From Octopus sinensis (lineage: Eukaryota), in contig NW_021831850.1 of NCBI RefSeq assembly GCF_006345805.1, positions 174,964 through 238,963 of the forward strand: DNA of 64,000 nucleotides, in the 5' to 3' direction. The translations under genes were made by a program, and so were the position numbers. The notes beneath the pieces were generated by a model. That model made no database searches, had not been told where the DNA came from, and worked only from the letters and a program-made list of their open reading frames with translations. This document shows, in pieces, positions 62,768 to 64,000 of this stretch; position 1 is the first letter of the stretch; every line of letters starts with the position of its first letter.

Positions 62768-62975
62768 GTTAATCCAAACAAGAAAGCACAAAAAACACAA
62801 CAACGCGAGGACGTGGAACAAATATAGTATTATTGGACGCTCAAGAAGGAAGAGAAGAAGGAGGGTTTAACGTTTCAAGCGGAGCTCTTCGTCGGAAACA
62901 TAGGAGAAGGAAAGATCCAGAGAAGGGAAGACAGAAGAAAAAAATCGCCAACGGTACACACGGGGTCACATTTTG
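62768..62975 (-). mobile_element. ~200-bp element with a minimal hammerhead variant (62865-62899), between (TA)n tracts
   Basis: Reverse complement GTTT CCGACGA A GAGC tcc GCTT GAAACGTT AAAC: stem I GTTT/AAAC, core U4>C, palindromic ACGT. Confidence 0.55.
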
Positions 62976-62989
62976 AAATATATATATAC

Positions 62990-63035
<46 letters not shown>

Positions 63036-63704
63036 TTATAATAAGTGTAGGTCGTATACGAGTGGATATATATTTATAAAAAAGAAGTTTGAAAACGCCA
63101 CTATATAAGATAATATTTAATTTTCTTAGAAATCTTACATGTTTCGGATCTTCTTGATAAAACGAACCTTATCAAAAATATATTTAAAAGTTAAGCGTGA
63201 TAAAAAAGTTCATAATTGTTTCTCACTGGTCTCAACAGAATCCACGTGGTGGTTTTTTGTGAGGAGTAAGCATAATAGCTGTCTTATATGTGTGATAAGT
63301 TAGGTAAATGACCAGTGGCCGAAATAGCAGTAGCAGCAGTGACTGTTGGTCGTAGCAATACATACATATCATATGTGTGACTGTTGATGTGTATCTTCAC
63401 ATTTTTAATTGTCCCGGCGATGCTTGACAAGCGCAGTGAACGTCCATCTTACCTAGCGATGCGGCAAATTCTACCGATAAAATGAGTGTCAAGCTTAGAA
63501 ATTACACGGCTTGATACGTTCGATTAAAAACTTAAAATCGGTTCCAAAGCATGACCCCCTCTCAGAATATGGAAACACGTTATGAATACAAACAAAAGAT
63601 ATGTACATATACCTGGGGTTATGCATTTTTATATATCTATCTATCTATATGCATGTGTGTATGTATGTATATATGTGTGTACACGTGCGCCCGCACGTAC
63701 ATAC

Positions 63705-63862
63705 ATAAACGAAGGGCTTCTTTCCGTTTCCTTCTACCAAACCAACTCACAAGACTTTGGTCAACCCGAGGCCATGGTAGAGGACACTTGTCCAAGGTTA
63801 CACGGAGAGTCTGAACCCAGAACTATGTGGTTGTTAAGCAAAAGTCTTACCACGCAGCCACG

Positions 63863-63863
<1 letters not shown>
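63705..63863 (-). mobile_element. tRNA-derived SINE fragment
   Basis: Reverse complement begins ggcgtggctgcgtggtaaga (A-box-like) and has gggttcaga (B-box-like); abuts (TA)n. Confidence 0.6.
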
Positions 63864-63955
<92 letters not shown>

Positions 63956-64000
63956 ATATAAGTATAGGAAAGAATGGAGCTGAACGAAGATTTAACAAAG

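Noticed and set aside
63130-63180. Additional hammerhead on the minus strand (ttgataag..gatccgaaacatgta)
   Set aside because: Two core mismatches, imperfect stem II and no stem I; too degenerate to support.

Overview
AT-rich, microsatellite-dense animal genomic DNA; the SINE and repeat style suggests a cephalopod such as Octopus (inference only). Most of the window is retroelement-derived: a CR1/L2-group LINE 3' part (1-2.3 kb), three tandem Tx1/L1-clade LINEs each sitting in (TATC)n (7.3-18.9 kb), an R4/Dong-clade RLE element ending in (TAA)n (27.8-31.8 kb), a near full-length RTE LINE (56.3-60.1 kb, minus), a Penelope GIY-YIG fragment with a fold-back junction (61 kb), several tRNA-derived SINEs, a 171-bp satellite (~18 copies) and a 4-kb CT-rich tract. 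The ORF track only partly shows one host gene on the + strand. It has a series of duplicated 51-72 nt phase-1 micro-exons (canonical AG/GTGAGT sites), each encoding a VQT motif resembling LC8/dynein-light-chain binding sites. These splice in frame into a ~4.9-kb terminal exon encoding about six tandem NHL/TolB-like beta-propeller modules. The window also holds three hammerhead ribozyme motifs with intact catalytic cores and several decayed ones. One lies inside a short inverted-repeat-bounded element that has a second, internally deleted copy at 4.9 kb. No database searches or computations were run; alignments are by eye.
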